Part shown: positions 30,118 to 40,404 of the stretch, piece by piece
How the letters are laid out: each line of letters starts with the position of its first letter
How positions within the stretch are numbered: position 1 is the first letter of the stretch
Source of the DNA: an uncultured Verrucomicrobiae bacterium
GTDB lineage: Bacteria > Verrucomicrobiota > Verrucomicrobiia > Chthoniobacterales > JAATET01
Assembly (NCBI GenBank): GCA_963719495.1
Contig: CAVRCI010000005.1
Span: forward strand, 32,001 to 96,000
Direction of reading: 5' to 3'
Length of the DNA: 64,000 nucleotides
Made by a program: the position numbers and the translations under genes
The notes under the pieces: model-generated
Databases searched by the model: none
Seen by the model: only the letters and a program-made list of their open reading frames with translations
Told to the model about the DNA's origin: nothing

Positions 30118-30163
30118 CCGCCCCCGATTAAACGTAACGGGCGTTACGTTTAATCGGGGGCGG
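30118..30163. repeat. Perfect 22-bp-arm palindrome
   Basis: CCGCCCCCGATTAAACGTAACG-GG-CGTTACGTTTAATCGGGGGCGG. Confidence 0.92.
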
Positions 30164-30291
30164 GATTGATCCACGCCGTCGCGACTCCTGATCACCAATG
30201 GTTGGATCCACGGCCCATTTCATGAGCTGGACCAACACTCTCCGCAGAAACCACGCGGGCACCCCCGATCCCTGACTTCACCGCACTCATT

Positions 30292-30327
30292 CCCGATTGA
30301 ACGTAACGGCCGTTACATTTTATCGGG
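30292..30327. repeat. Degenerate second copy of the 30118 palindrome
   Basis: CCCGATTGAACGTAACG-GC-CGTTACATTTTATCGGG. Confidence 0.85.
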
Positions 30328-30547
30328 GGGGATGAGGGCGACGCTTGGTTGAAAAATTCGAGGGTGCCGAGGTTGGCCTCAGATTGCCGCGAGGTGGGCG
30401 GGAGGCTCGCACCCATCGCGTCAGCCGTCTCCGAACATACCTGGGCCGCTGGTCGCGGACGATATCACCCTGCCACGCCCACCTCCCGGGAAGCGGATCC
30501 CCACTCGAGGCGGGCTTGGATGACTCCCAGCGCTCGCCGCCCGCCAC

Positions 30548-31618
30548 TCAGCGCGGCTGCTGCTCGACGTCGACCGGCACCTCAAACGTCCGGCCGTCGC
30601 GCAGAACCCGCGTCCGGACCCGGTCGCCGATTTTCATCTCGGCGAGCCGGTTGCGCACGTCGACGGCGTCGCGCAGTGGTTTGCCGTTGAACGCCTGCAG
30701 GACATCGCCCGGCTGAATGCCCGCGCGGGCCGCCGGCGAGCCGTCGAGCACGGCGACGACGAGATTGCCCCCGACCTGCGTGATGCCCAGTTTCTCGGCG
30801 ATGGCGAGCGTGAGCGGATAGGCGATCGCGCCAAACCACGGCCGCGAAATCCGCCCGCGCGTCACGACGTCGTCGTAGACGCGCATCGCGAGATTCGACG
30901 GGATGGCGAAGCTGATCCCCTGACTGTCCATGAGCACGACGGCGCTGTTGATGCCGACGATCTCGCCCCGGACGTTCACCAGCGGACCCCCGGAGTTGCC
31001 CGGGTTAATCGCCGCGTCCGTCTGAAAAAATTCCGTGGTCAGCTCCGTGGCGGCCCGACGCCCCTTCCCACTGATAATCCCCTGCGTGACGGTCTCCTGC
31101 AGCCCGAGCGGATTGCCAATCGCGAAGACGACCTGGCCCACCCGCGCGGCGTCGGAATCGGCGAAGATCAGCGGAGTCAAATCGCTCGCCTCGATTTTCA
31201 AGACCGCGATGTCGGTGAGCGGATCGGCCCCGAGGAAGGCGGCCGGGAAGCTCCGCCCGTCGTTCGAATGAACCACCACCCGCGTCGCCCCGGCGACCAC
31301 GTGAAGGTTCGTCACGATGTGACCCTCCGCCGAGACGATGGACCCCGAGCCGAGCTGCGGCTTGGATTCGTCCAGCCCGAGCAGGCCGCGGATCCGGTTC
31401 ATCCGCGCGGCGACACTCGGCTCCTGGTCGGCCGTGATGCTGACGACCGACGGGACGACCCGGTCGACGAGCGAGGTGACCGCCGCGTCGAGGGCCACGA
31501 GTGGATTTCCAGCGGCACCTCCGGCGGATTCGATCCCGCTCCGGCGGGCGAAGTAAACCGCCGCCACGAGCAGGGCGATCACACCGATAAACGTGAGAAA
31601 CCGCCCGACGCTACTCAC
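30548..31618 (-). CDS. HtrA/DegS-like serine protease with one PDZ domain
   Basis: TNLHVV, DIAVLK, QTDAAINPGNSGG and a PDZ segment SPAARAGI. Confidence 0.93.
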   Translation of the reverse strand: MSSVGRFLTFIGVIALLVAAVYFARRSGIESAGGAAGNPLVALDAAVTSLVDRVVPSVVSITADQEPSVAARMNRIRGLLGLDESKPQLGSGSIVSAEGHIVTNLHVVAGATRVVVHSNDGRSFPAAFLGADPLTDIAVLKIEASDLTPLIFADSDAARVGQVVFAIGNPLGLQETVTQGIISGKGRRAATELTTEFFQTDAAINPGNSGGPLVNVRGEIVGINSAVVLMDSQGISFAIPSNLAMRVYDDVVTRGRISRPWFGAIAYPLTLAIAEKLGITQVGGNLVVAVLDGSPAARAGIQPGDVLQAFNGKPLRDAVDVRNRLAEMKIGDRVRTRVLRDGRTFEVPVDVEQQPR

Positions 31619-34256
31619 TCTCGGCAGCCGCCTCCGGCTTCTCCGGGAAGCGCTGTTCGAGTTCGGCCAGCGCTTTTTCGGCCTCGAGCTCGTTCCCGGC
31701 GCGCTGGTAAGCGTCCGCCGCCCGGCGCAGAGCGCGCGGCGTCACGGCCGGATCGTCGTAGAGCACGGCGATCGTGAGGAAGCCCCGGGCCGCCGCGTCG
31801 TATTCCCCGGCGGCCATCTGGATGTCGCTCATGAGCATCCGGCCGGCCGCGTTGTATTTGCCCTCGGGCTGCAGCAGCAAGGCCTCCTCGCCGAATCGTT
31901 CGGCCTCGGTGGGCTCGCCCTTGCCGAGCGCGATTTCGCCCTTCGCGAGCAACGCCCGCGCGCGGCTCACCGGGTCGCGCGCCTCGGCCATGTAACGGTC
32001 GACTGGCCCCCGCGCCGCGTCGTATTTGTTCTGAGCCAGCCGCGCCTCGACCAGACTGATCAGCACCTCGGCGCTCACCGGAATCGAGGGGTCCCGCTCG
32101 GCCAGTGGCGCGAGGAACGACTCGGCCTTCGCGTAGTCGCCTTCCTCGAAGTATTGGTTCCCCAGCCAGATCATCACGTCCGAGGGCACGACGCCGGGCG
32201 TCGCCTTCTCCGCTTCGGCCGCGACGGCCGGGCGGTCTTCCCGGTAGAAGTGCGCGAGGATGATGCGCACGGTCGAGCGGTCGCCGAACTGCTCGGGATC
32301 GAGCTCACGCGCCCGCTCGAGGTGCGTGATCGCCTCCGGGTATTCCGCCTTCTCGAAGAGCGCCCATCCGATCCAATACTCGGCCTGACCCGCCGCGTTC
32401 GTCTCGGGATATTCTTCGAGCAAGCGCCGGAACGTGTCCCCCATTTCGTCGAATTTCTCCTGCTGGCCGAGCGTCAACGCCATTTGCTGGAGTGCGAGTT
32501 CCCGCTCGGACGCCTTCGGGAATTCTTCGACGAGCCGCCGGAAGTCCGCCATCGCGTCGTCGTAGGCCTGCGATTGCTGCGCGGCCAGGGCGCGCTGCGC
32601 GAGCGCCGATGCGAGCAGATCGCTCTTCGGATACGTGTCGACAAATTTACTGAACGTCTGCCGCGCCGCGATCCAATCCTGCGTCTGCGCGTAGCACCAA
32701 CCCAGCTTGAAGAGCGCCTGCTCGAGCTGGCGCTTCGGCAGCTTGGAGTCGAGCGACTTGGTGTAGAACTCGATCGCCTTCTCGTATTCGCCCTGCTTGA
32801 AGAGCGTCTCGGCTTTCAGCAGAAACGCCCGGCCCCGCTCGCGTGGATCGGTGCTGTTGGCGAGAAAATCGTCGACCTGCTCGAGCAGCTCGGCGCCATT
32901 GGTCTGATCGAGGCTGACCAGCCGCTGGAAGCGCGCGCTGGCCGCCGCGTCGCTGTCGGGATACTCGGCGAGGACCTGCTCGTAGAGCGCGATCGCGCCC
33001 TCCTTCTCGCCGAGCTGCCGCTTGGCATTGGCCGAGATCAGCATCGCCTCGGGGATCGCTTCCTTCGGGAGATCCGCGATTTCCTGATTCGTGAGACCGG
33101 CCGGCTCCTCGAATTCACCCGCTTCGTAGGCGAGCCGGATCGCGCCCAGTTTCGCCACGCCCCGCCAGTCGCCGATCGCCGGCTTCGCGAGCGCCTTTTT
33201 GAAGAGCTTGCGCGCCTCGTCGTCGCGGCCGAGTTCCGCCGCGATGGCTGCCGCTTTCACGGTCGCTTCGGCTTGGAGATCGGCTTTGTCCGCCTCGTCC
33301 CCGAGCCGGGCGTAGACGTCGAGCGCTTCCGCCTTCGCGCCGGCTTTCGAGAGCGACTCGGCGACGTAGAAATCGGCGGCGTCGCGGTAGGGGTTGTCGG
33401 TCCGCTTTTTGGCGAGCTTTTTGAAAATCTTGAGCGCTTCGGCTTGCTTGTCGTTGGCGTCCAGCGCGTTCGCCTCGTAGAAGCTCGCCGACAGCTGGAC
33501 GGCTTCGGATTCCGAATTTTCCCGCGCCGTCCGGAAGAGCTCGATCGCCGCGCCGTAGTTGTTTTCGCCGTAGTAGATCTCGGCCAACCGGTAGGCGCCC
33601 GATCCCACGAACTCGCCGGTGCGAAACTCCTCCAACAACCGCTCGTAACCCGTGCGCGCGGCCTCCGAATTCCCCAGGAATCGGTGACTCTCCGCCAACC
33701 GGAACATCGCCCCGTCCCGGCCCTCGGCCTTCGGCGAGGCGATGAGAAACTTCTCATATTCGTAGACCGCCATGTCGTACATCTCGCGTTTGTAGAAGCC
33801 GTTCGCCGCCAGCAGCGATTGATCCTCGGTCGCCGACGACGGCCCAAGCCGGATCGACCCCGCCTCGTCCCTTGGCGTCGCGGTGGGACTCCGGCGCTGC
33901 GGCTCGGTCGGCTGTGGGTCCCGGGGCGGCGGGGTGTTGGGAGTGGGCACCCGCTCGCCCCGGTCCGGCGTCGGCTGCGGAGTCGGGATCGGCCCGGGCG
34001 TCTCGTCGACCGGCGCGGGCGTCTCGTCCACCGACGCGGCGGGCTCGACGGCTTCCGCCGCGCGAACGGGCAGGTTATCCATCCAGGCCGGATTCTCGAT
34101 GGTCGCCGGATTCACCGGCTCGGCCCGCCGGATCTCGGGTTCGTCTCCGATGATCGGACCCGGCGTCACGGGGACCGCCCGCCGGATCTCAGGCTGCTGC
34201 GCCCCGACGCTGCCCGCGATCAACCCGAGCGCCATGATCGCGAAAATTTTCCTCAT
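31611..34256 (-). CDS. Exported multi-TPR protein
   Basis: Signal peptide from ATG 34256 (ATGA overlap), Pro-rich linker and many TPR motifs. Confidence 0.87.
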   Translation of the reverse strand: MRKIFAIMALGLIAGSVGAQQPEIRRAVPVTPGPIIGDEPEIRRAEPVNPATIENPAWMDNLPVRAAEAVEPAASVDETPAPVDETPGPIPTPQPTPDRGERVPTPNTPPPRDPQPTEPQRRSPTATPRDEAGSIRLGPSSATEDQSLLAANGFYKREMYDMAVYEYEKFLIASPKAEGRDGAMFRLAESHRFLGNSEAARTGYERLLEEFRTGEFVGSGAYRLAEIYYGENNYGAAIELFRTARENSESEAVQLSASFYEANALDANDKQAEALKIFKKLAKKRTDNPYRDAADFYVAESLSKAGAKAEALDVYARLGDEADKADLQAEATVKAAAIAAELGRDDEARKLFKKALAKPAIGDWRGVAKLGAIRLAYEAGEFEEPAGLTNQEIADLPKEAIPEAMLISANAKRQLGEKEGAIALYEQVLAEYPDSDAAASARFQRLVSLDQTNGAELLEQVDDFLANSTDPRERGRAFLLKAETLFKQGEYEKAIEFYTKSLDSKLPKRQLEQALFKLGWCYAQTQDWIAARQTFSKFVDTYPKSDLLASALAQRALAAQQSQAYDDAMADFRRLVEEFPKASERELALQQMALTLGQQEKFDEMGDTFRRLLEEYPETNAAGQAEYWIGWALFEKAEYPEAITHLERARELDPEQFGDRSTVRIILAHFYREDRPAVAAEAEKATPGVVPSDVMIWLGNQYFEEGDYAKAESFLAPLAERDPSIPVSAEVLISLVEARLAQNKYDAARGPVDRYMAEARDPVSRARALLAKGEIALGKGEPTEAERFGEEALLLQPEGKYNAAGRMLMSDIQMAAGEYDAAARGFLTIAVLYDDPAVTPRALRRAADAYQRAGNELEAEKALAELEQRFPEKPEAAAESE

Positions 34257-34666
34257 TTCGGCTTGCTGGTCGCGAACGCGACGTTCCAGATTTCCACCGT
34301 GCGGCACACGTCGAGCACTTCGACGATGCGGCTGTATTCCGTGGCTTCGTCGCCGCGCAGCACGATGGCCTGGTCCGGATAGAGTTCCTGGATCCTCGCC
34401 AACGCGACGCGCAGCTCCTCCATGTTCATCTCCCGCCGGTTCATCATCACGGACCCATCGGCCTTCACGTTGAGAATGACCTCGCCCACCGCGCGGCGAC
34501 TTTCCTTGCCGGCCTTCGCCGTCGGCACCTGCACGTCGAGCTCCATTTCGTCCTTGGAAAAATTCCACGTCACCAGGAAGAAAATGAGCAGCAGAAACAC
34601 GATGTCGATCATCGGTGCGATCTGAAATCCCGACGACTCGGGCTGGGCGCGGGCGCGGAAATTCAT
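34253..34666 (-). CDS. exbD: ExbD/TolR family protein
   Basis: IAPMIDIVFLLLIFFLV and IVLRGD. Confidence 0.92.
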   Translation of the reverse strand: MNFRARAQPESSGFQIAPMIDIVFLLLIFFLVTWNFSKDEMELDVQVPTAKAGKESRRAVGEVILNVKADGSVMMNRREMNMEELRVALARIQELYPDQAIVLRGDEATEYSRIVEVLDVCRTVEIWNVAFATSKPK

Positions 34667-34669
34667 CGC

Positions 34670-35431
34670 CTATTTGTCGTCGCTCTCGTCGGACGTCCGG
34701 ATCGAGCCGGGTTTGAAATTCGCGCTCATCAGCGCCATCAGCTGCGTCGTCGCCGCCTCGAGGTCCGCGATCAACGACTGCACCCGCCCGCGGAAATACG
34801 CGTAGGCCGCCATCGCCGGGATGCCGATGAGCAGCCCCGCCGCCGTCGTCACCAGAGCCTCGGCCACCCCGCCCGCGAGCAGCATCGGCCGGGATGCGTC
34901 GAGGCCGTTCGCCACCACGCTGAAGGATTTGATCATGCCCAGCACCGTGCCGAACAACCCGACCATCGGCGCGATCGTCCCGATGTCCGCGAGGTAGACG
35001 ATCTGCTGATTGAGACCGCTCGCCTGCCGGGTCCCCTCGGTCTCGGCGATTTCGCGCGCCTCGGCGATGGTCGCGCCCGGGTTCTTGGTGAGAAATTCCA
35101 ACGTCCGCCGCATCACGCGCGCCACGAATTGGTTGTGCCGGTTCGACAGCGCGAGCAGGCCGTAATAGTCGCCCTTCCGCAGCAACGCGTCAGCCGACTT
35201 CATGTAGCGCCCACTCACCACGCCGCCCCGCCGCAGCGAGAAAAAGAAGATGAGGATCAGCATCACCGCGATCACCGACAGACCCGCGAGCGGATACATC
35301 ACGACCCCGCCCTTCATCAGCACCGCCACGAGGTCGGTCTGCTCGGCGGCGACCTCCGCCCCGTCCTGCGCTCGCGCGGCCAGCGCGCTCAACCCGGCGA
35401 TGGCCGCAACCCAAAGTGATGTTTTCCTCAT
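34670..35431 (-). CDS. exbB: MotA/TolQ/ExbB proton channel protein
   Basis: [15 protein letters not shown] and ALVTTAAGL. Confidence 0.9.
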   Translation of the reverse strand: MRKTSLWVAAIAGLSALAARAQDGAEVAAEQTDLVAVLMKGGVVMYPLAGLSVIAVMLILIFFFSLRRGGVVSGRYMKSADALLRKGDYYGLLALSNRHNQFVARVMRRTLEFLTKNPGATIAEAREIAETEGTRQASGLNQQIVYLADIGTIAPMVGLFGTVLGMIKSFSVVANGLDASRPMLLAGGVAEALVTTAAGLLIGIPAMAAYAYFRGRVQSLIADLEAATTQLMALMSANFKPGSIRTSDESDDK

Positions 35432-35524
35432 GATCAAGGTCGCGTATCTTATGCGGGGTTCGCCCGCGCGCAAGCCACGGATGGACGCGAAACAACTCGC
35501 AACGTCCGGCGAACAACACCTAAC

Positions 35525-38254
35525 GTGACGCCCGTGCTCAAGAGGTCGAAGTCAGTCCCTCCCCGCTCGACGAACGAAGAAGCCGACCGGTCGGACACTC
35601 CCGGCATCCTGCCCAGCCTCCTGAACTGCCTGGCGGTCACCCTCGTCCTTTCGCTCGCGGCGACCCTCGCCTTCTCCAGCGAGCGACGACACGCCACCGA
35701 CCGGCTCGCCGACCGGCTAGAGACCGAACTCGGCAGGGAGGTCAGCGTCTTCTACCGCGAGATCCGGATCGCCATCGCCGACCTGCTGCTCCTGCGCCAG
35801 TTGGCGACCTCCACGATTGCCGACCCGAGTCCGACGACCGCCCGGCTGACGTCCATCGCCAGCGACGCCGACCAGCTGGCGTCGAACCGCGGGACCTACG
35901 ACCAGATCCGACTGCTCGCGCTCTCCGGCAAGGAACGCCTCCGCGTCAACCTCGCCGCCCCGGCCAAGGGCGCCGGCCAGATCGCCGATGTCCGCCGGGT
36001 CGGCCCGGCGGAGCTTCAGAACAAGATCGACCGCGATTGGTTCCGCGCCGCGCTCCGGCTCGGACCCGGCCAAATCACCGCCTCCCGGCTTGACCTCAAC
36101 GTCGAGCGGGGCCAGCTCGAACGCCCCCTCAAACCGACCATCCGGCTCCTCACCCGCCTCCCCGGCACCCCGGATTTCGCCGAGAGCTTCCTCGTGATCA
36201 ACTACCTCGCCGGCCCCTCCCTCGAGCGCCTCCGCGAACGGGACCTCACGATCGGCGGCATTCGCGCGGCCATCGCGGACCGGACCGGCAATTGGATCGT
36301 CGGTCCGGACGCGACCTGGGACTGGAGCGCCGCCATCCCCGAACAAACGGACCGCACCGTGGCCGATTTTTCACCCGAACTCGCCGACGCCCTCGAGCAT
36401 TCCTCGAGCACGCGGATCGCGACCTCGAAAGGCCTGTTCGTCGTCGAGCGCACCGGACGAAACCTCGCCGCCTACCTGCCCCGCAGCCGCCTCCTGGACG
36501 ACGTGGGTTCGCGCAACCTCGGCTTCGATTTCATCGCCTTCGCCACCAATGACCAGATCATCGCGAACGCGCGCGACGCCACCGATCTGATCGTCACCGC
36601 CTACCTCTTCAGCCTCGCCATTCTCCTTCCCATCACCTGGTTCGGAACCCATTCCTACCAGAACCGCGCCCACGCCGTCCGGGACCTCCGGCGCAACGAG
36701 GAACGACTCCGCGAAGCCGAGCACATCGCCCGCACCGGATTCTGGGAATGGGACTTGGCCACCGACCACTTCGTCCTCACCCAGCGCGCCGCCGAGATCC
36801 TCGACCTCGCGTCCAAACCCCGCCCCGCCACCCTCGCGCAATTTCTCGCCCTCCTGCCCGCCGACGCCGCGGCCCTCGTCACCGACGCCCTCGAGCGCGC
36901 CCGCTCCGATCGATCCGCCGCCCAGTGCGATCTCCAGATCCCCACCACGGGCACCGAGCCGCGGGCGACCGCGTTCACCGCAAACGCCGAGCCGTCCCGC
37001 GTGCGCGGCGTCGTCCAAAACATCACCGAGCGCAAACGCGCCGAACGCGAGCTCGCCCACGCGCGCGCCACCGCCGACACGGCCAACCGGCAGAAGAGCG
37101 AATTCCTCGCCATCATGAGCCACGAAATCCGCACGCCGATGAATGGCATCATCGGTTACACCGGCCTCCTCGGGGAAAGCGACCTCACGCCCGACCAAAA
37201 CGAATTCGTCTCCATCATCTCGTCGAGCGGCGAAGCGCTCCTGCGCATCATCGACGACATCCTCGACTACTCCCGCATCGAATCCGGCCAGGTCACGATC
37301 CAACCCGTCGTCTTCGATCCCGCCACGACGCTGCGACTCGTCCACCGTCTGCTCGACGTCAAAGCCCGGAGCAAAAATATCGAAATCATCCTCGAGATCC
37401 CGCCCGACTTCCCCCCCCGGATCGAAGCCGACGAGGTCCGCCTGCGTCAGATCCTCATCAACCTCCTCGGCAACGCCATCAAGTTCACGCCCTCCGGCAC
37501 CATCCGCGTGCGTGCCCGGGCCACGGAAAACGGGACATCCCATCGCGTCGCCCACCTCCACTTCGAGATTCAAGACAACGGCCCCGGCCTCTCGGCCGAA
37601 GGAATCAGCCGCCTCTTCCAACCCTTCGTCCAGGCGGACGAAACGGTTCAAGTCCGCCACGGCGGCACCGGACTCGGCCTCTACATCAGCAAACGCCTCG
37701 TCGAGCTGATGGGCGGATCGATCCACGTCTCCTCGGTCCTCGGCGATGGCGCGACCTTCAACTTCTCCATCGCCGCGCGCACCGTCGCCCTCGCGTCACC
37801 CACCGTCGCTCCCGACCAGGGCCCGTCCTCCGACGACACCAACCTCGCCGTTCGCCATCCCCGGACCATCGCCATCGCCGACGACGACGCCGTCAGCCGC
37901 CAACTCCTCCAGCGACTCCTCGCCCGCTTTGGTTACGAAAGCACCGTCCACGCCGACGGGCACGATCTCTTCGCCAGTTGGCGGGACAACCCCACCGAAA
38001 TCATCTTCACCGATCTGCAAATGCCCCGCCTCGGAGGCATCGAAGTCACCCGCCGCATCCGGGCCACCGACGGCGACCGAACAACGTGGATCGTCGCCCT
38101 CACCGCCAACGCCATGACCGGCGAACGCGAACGCTGCCTCGCCGCCGGAATGAACGACTACCTCACCAAACCCATCTCCAAGACCGCCCTCCTTCGCTCC
38201 ATCCTCCGGGCCAACGACCACTTCAAAACCCGGCGGCTCCCAGCCGCCAAATAA
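35525..38254 (+). CDS. Hybrid sensor histidine kinase (Cache, PAS, HisKA, HATPase, REC)
   Basis: [39 protein letters not shown] and YLTKP. Confidence 0.93.
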   Translation: MTPVLKRSKSVPPRSTNEEADRSDTPGILPSLLNCLAVTLVLSLAATLAFSSERRHATDRLADRLETELGREVSVFYREIRIAIADLLLLRQLATSTIADPSPTTARLTSIASDADQLASNRGTYDQIRLLALSGKERLRVNLAAPAKGAGQIADVRRVGPAELQNKIDRDWFRAALRLGPGQITASRLDLNVERGQLERPLKPTIRLLTRLPGTPDFAESFLVINYLAGPSLERLRERDLTIGGIRAAIADRTGNWIVGPDATWDWSAAIPEQTDRTVADFSPELADALEHSSSTRIATSKGLFVVERTGRNLAAYLPRSRLLDDVGSRNLGFDFIAFATNDQIIANARDATDLIVTAYLFSLAILLPITWFGTHSYQNRAHAVRDLRRNEERLREAEHIARTGFWEWDLATDHFVLTQRAAEILDLASKPRPATLAQFLALLPADAAALVTDALERARSDRSAAQCDLQIPTTGTEPRATAFTANAEPSRVRGVVQNITERKRAERELAHARATADTANRQKSEFLAIMSHEIRTPMNGIIGYTGLLGESDLTPDQNEFVSIISSSGEALLRIIDDILDYSRIESGQVTIQPVVFDPATTLRLVHRLLDVKARSKNIEIILEIPPDFPPRIEADEVRLRQILINLLGNAIKFTPSGTIRVRARATENGTSHRVAHLHFEIQDNGPGLSAEGISRLFQPFVQADETVQVRHGGTGLGLYISKRLVELMGGSIHVSSVLGDGATFNFSIAARTVALASPTVAPDQGPSSDDTNLAVRHPRTIAIADDDAVSRQLLQRLLARFGYESTVHADGHDLFASWRDNPTEIIFTDLQMPRLGGIEVTRRIRATDGDRTTWIVALTANAMTGERERCLAAGMNDYLTKPISKTALLRSILRANDHFKTRRLPAAK

Positions 38255-38279
38255 CCACCCCGGTCATGCCGAGGGCAGC

Positions 38280-38388
38280 GAACGCGCAAGTGAGTTATGA
38301 AGCCTGGGATGACAGCGCGGCGCCAGCCGACCCCATCTGGCATTCGGAGGGTGAGGCTCCTGCCGAGCCGTGGCATTCTCATTGGATT
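38280..38388. repeat. Composite repeat containing a family A arm
   Basis: Aligns by eye to 19037-19155. Confidence 0.8.
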
Positions 38389-38475
38389 CTGGTCGCTCGT
38401 TCAAATTCAACAGCATTGAATCGCCACCACCCCCTTCGTTACCTTCTGTTCATAACTCACCACACCCGCACCGCC

Positions 38476-40182
38476 ATGAAGCCAGCCACCAAGTCCAGCA
38501 AGCCCAGCCTCCGCCCGCATTCCTCCCTCGTCCTCGACGGCCCCGCCCGCGCCGCCAGCCGCGCCATGCTCTATCCCGCCGGCTTCACCCGAAAGGATTT
38601 CGCCAAACCCCAGATCGGCGTCGCTTCCACCTGGAGCATGGTCACCCCGTGCAACATGCACATCGACGCCCTCGCCCGCGAAGCCGCCCTCGGCATCGAC
38701 GCCGCCAAGGGCAAAGCCACCATCTTTAATACCATCACCATCTCCGACGGCATTTCGATGGGCACCGAAGGGATGAAATACTCCCTCGTCTCGCGCGAAG
38801 TCATCGCCGACTCCATCGAAACCGTCATGGGCTGCCAGAGCTACGACGGCCTCGTCGCCATCGGCGGCTGCGACAAAAACATGCCCGCCTGCCTCATCGC
38901 GATCGCCCGCCTGAATCGCCCGTCCGTTTTCGTCTACGGCGGCACCATCCTCCCCGGCTGCCTCAACGGCAAAAACCTCGACATCGTCTCCGTCTTCGAA
39001 GCCGTCGGCCAGCTCGCCGCCGGCAAGATCTCCCAGACCGAAGCCGACTCCATCGAGTCCTGCGCCATCCCCGGCCCCGGCTCCTGCGGCGGCATGTACA
39101 CCGCCAACACCATGGCCTCCGCCATCGAAGCCATGGGCATGTCCCTCCCCAACAGCTCCGCCCAGGCCGCCGTCTCCGAACACAAACGCGAGGACTGCCG
39201 TAACGCCGGAGCCGCCGTCATCGATCAGCTCAAACGCGGCATCCGCCCCTCCGACATCCTCACCAAGGAAGCCTTCGAAAACGCCATCACGGTCGTCATC
39301 GCCCTCGGCGGCAGCACCAACGCCGTCCTCCACCTCCTCGCCATCGCCCACAGCGCCAACGTCAAACTCGGCCTCGACGACTTCACCCGCATCGGACGCC
39401 GCGTCCCCGTCCTCGCCGACCTCAAGCCCTCCGGCAAATACCTCATGTCCGAGCTCATCGGCATCGGCGGCATCGTCCCGCTCCTGAAGGATCTCCTCGG
39501 CGCGGGCCTCCTCCACGGCGACTGCCTCACCGTCACCGGCAAGACGCTCGCCAAAAACCTCGCCCCGTTCAAGAGCTACCCCGAAGGCCAGAAGATCATC
39601 CTCCCGCTCGACGCCCCGATCAAGAAGGAAAGCCACCTCGTCGTCCTCCGCGGCAACCTCGCCCCCGAAGGCGCTGTCGCGAAGATCACCGGCAAGGAAG
39701 GCGAGAAATTCGAAGGCAAAGCCAAGGTCTTCGACGCCGAGGAAAAAGCCCTCACCGCCGTCCTCGAAGGCAAAATCAAAGCCGGCGACGTCATCGTCAT
39801 CCGCTACGAAGGCCCCCGCGGCGGCCCCGGCATGCGCGAAATGCTCTCCCCGACCAGCGCCGTCATGGGAGCCGGCCTCGGCACCTCCGTCGCCCTCATC
39901 ACCGACGGCCGCTTCTCCGGCGGCACCCACGGCTTCGTCGTCGGCCACATCACCCCCGAAGCCCACGAAGGCGGACCCCTCGCAATCGTCAAAAACGGCG
40001 ACCCCATCACCATCGACGCCGTCACCCACGAACTCACCCTCGGCGTCCCCGCCGCCGAGATCAAATCGCGCCTCGCCAAGTGGAAGCAACCAAAACCCCG
40101 CTACCGCCGCGGCGTCCTCGCCAAATACGCCCACACCGTCACGACCGCCAGCAAGGGAGCCGTCACCGACGCCAATCTATAG
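38476..40182 (+). CDS. ilvD: Dihydroxy-acid dehydratase
   Basis: [37 protein letters not shown] and TDGRFSG. Confidence 0.97.
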   Translation: MKPATKSSKPSLRPHSSLVLDGPARAASRAMLYPAGFTRKDFAKPQIGVASTWSMVTPCNMHIDALAREAALGIDAAKGKATIFNTITISDGISMGTEGMKYSLVSREVIADSIETVMGCQSYDGLVAIGGCDKNMPACLIAIARLNRPSVFVYGGTILPGCLNGKNLDIVSVFEAVGQLAAGKISQTEADSIESCAIPGPGSCGGMYTANTMASAIEAMGMSLPNSSAQAAVSEHKREDCRNAGAAVIDQLKRGIRPSDILTKEAFENAITVVIALGGSTNAVLHLLAIAHSANVKLGLDDFTRIGRRVPVLADLKPSGKYLMSELIGIGGIVPLLKDLLGAGLLHGDCLTVTGKTLAKNLAPFKSYPEGQKIILPLDAPIKKESHLVVLRGNLAPEGAVAKITGKEGEKFEGKAKVFDAEEKALTAVLEGKIKAGDVIVIRYEGPRGGPGMREMLSPTSAVMGAGLGTSVALITDGRFSGGTHGFVVGHITPEAHEGGPLAIVKNGDPITIDAVTHELTLGVPAAEIKSRLAKWKQPKPRYRRGVLAKYAHTVTTASKGAVTDANL

Positions 40183-40195
40183 CCCTCCGCCTCGA

Positions 40196-40218
40196 GGAGC
40201 GGCGATTTGCAATCGCCG
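40196..40218. repeat. Family C palindrome
   Basis: GGAGCGGCGATTTGCAATCGCCG. Confidence 0.88.
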
Positions 40219-40297
40219 ACCCACTCCCATCCGGCGGAGCCGGACACTTCAAATGCGTCGAGGGTCGAGTGACGAGCCTCGGCGTCACCCTTCCCTT

Positions 40298-40327
40298 CTT
40301 CGCGACCTTTGCGACCTTCTGTTCAAA
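40298..40327. repeat. Family F repeat
   Basis: CTTCGCGACCTTTGCGACCTTCTGTTCAAA is identical to 48995-49024. Confidence 0.88.
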
Positions 40328-40404
40328 GACGGTATTGTATTTCCTTCGTTCCCTTCATTCTCTTTTGTTCCGACTCAGGTCGTCAACTCACCGAGCCACA
40401 TCCC

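Noticed and set aside
36748..38475. Apparent 1144-aa N-terminally extended IlvD
   Set aside because: The extension is an Arg/Pro-rich off-frame reading of the kinase gene plus repeats. The likely start is ATG 38476.
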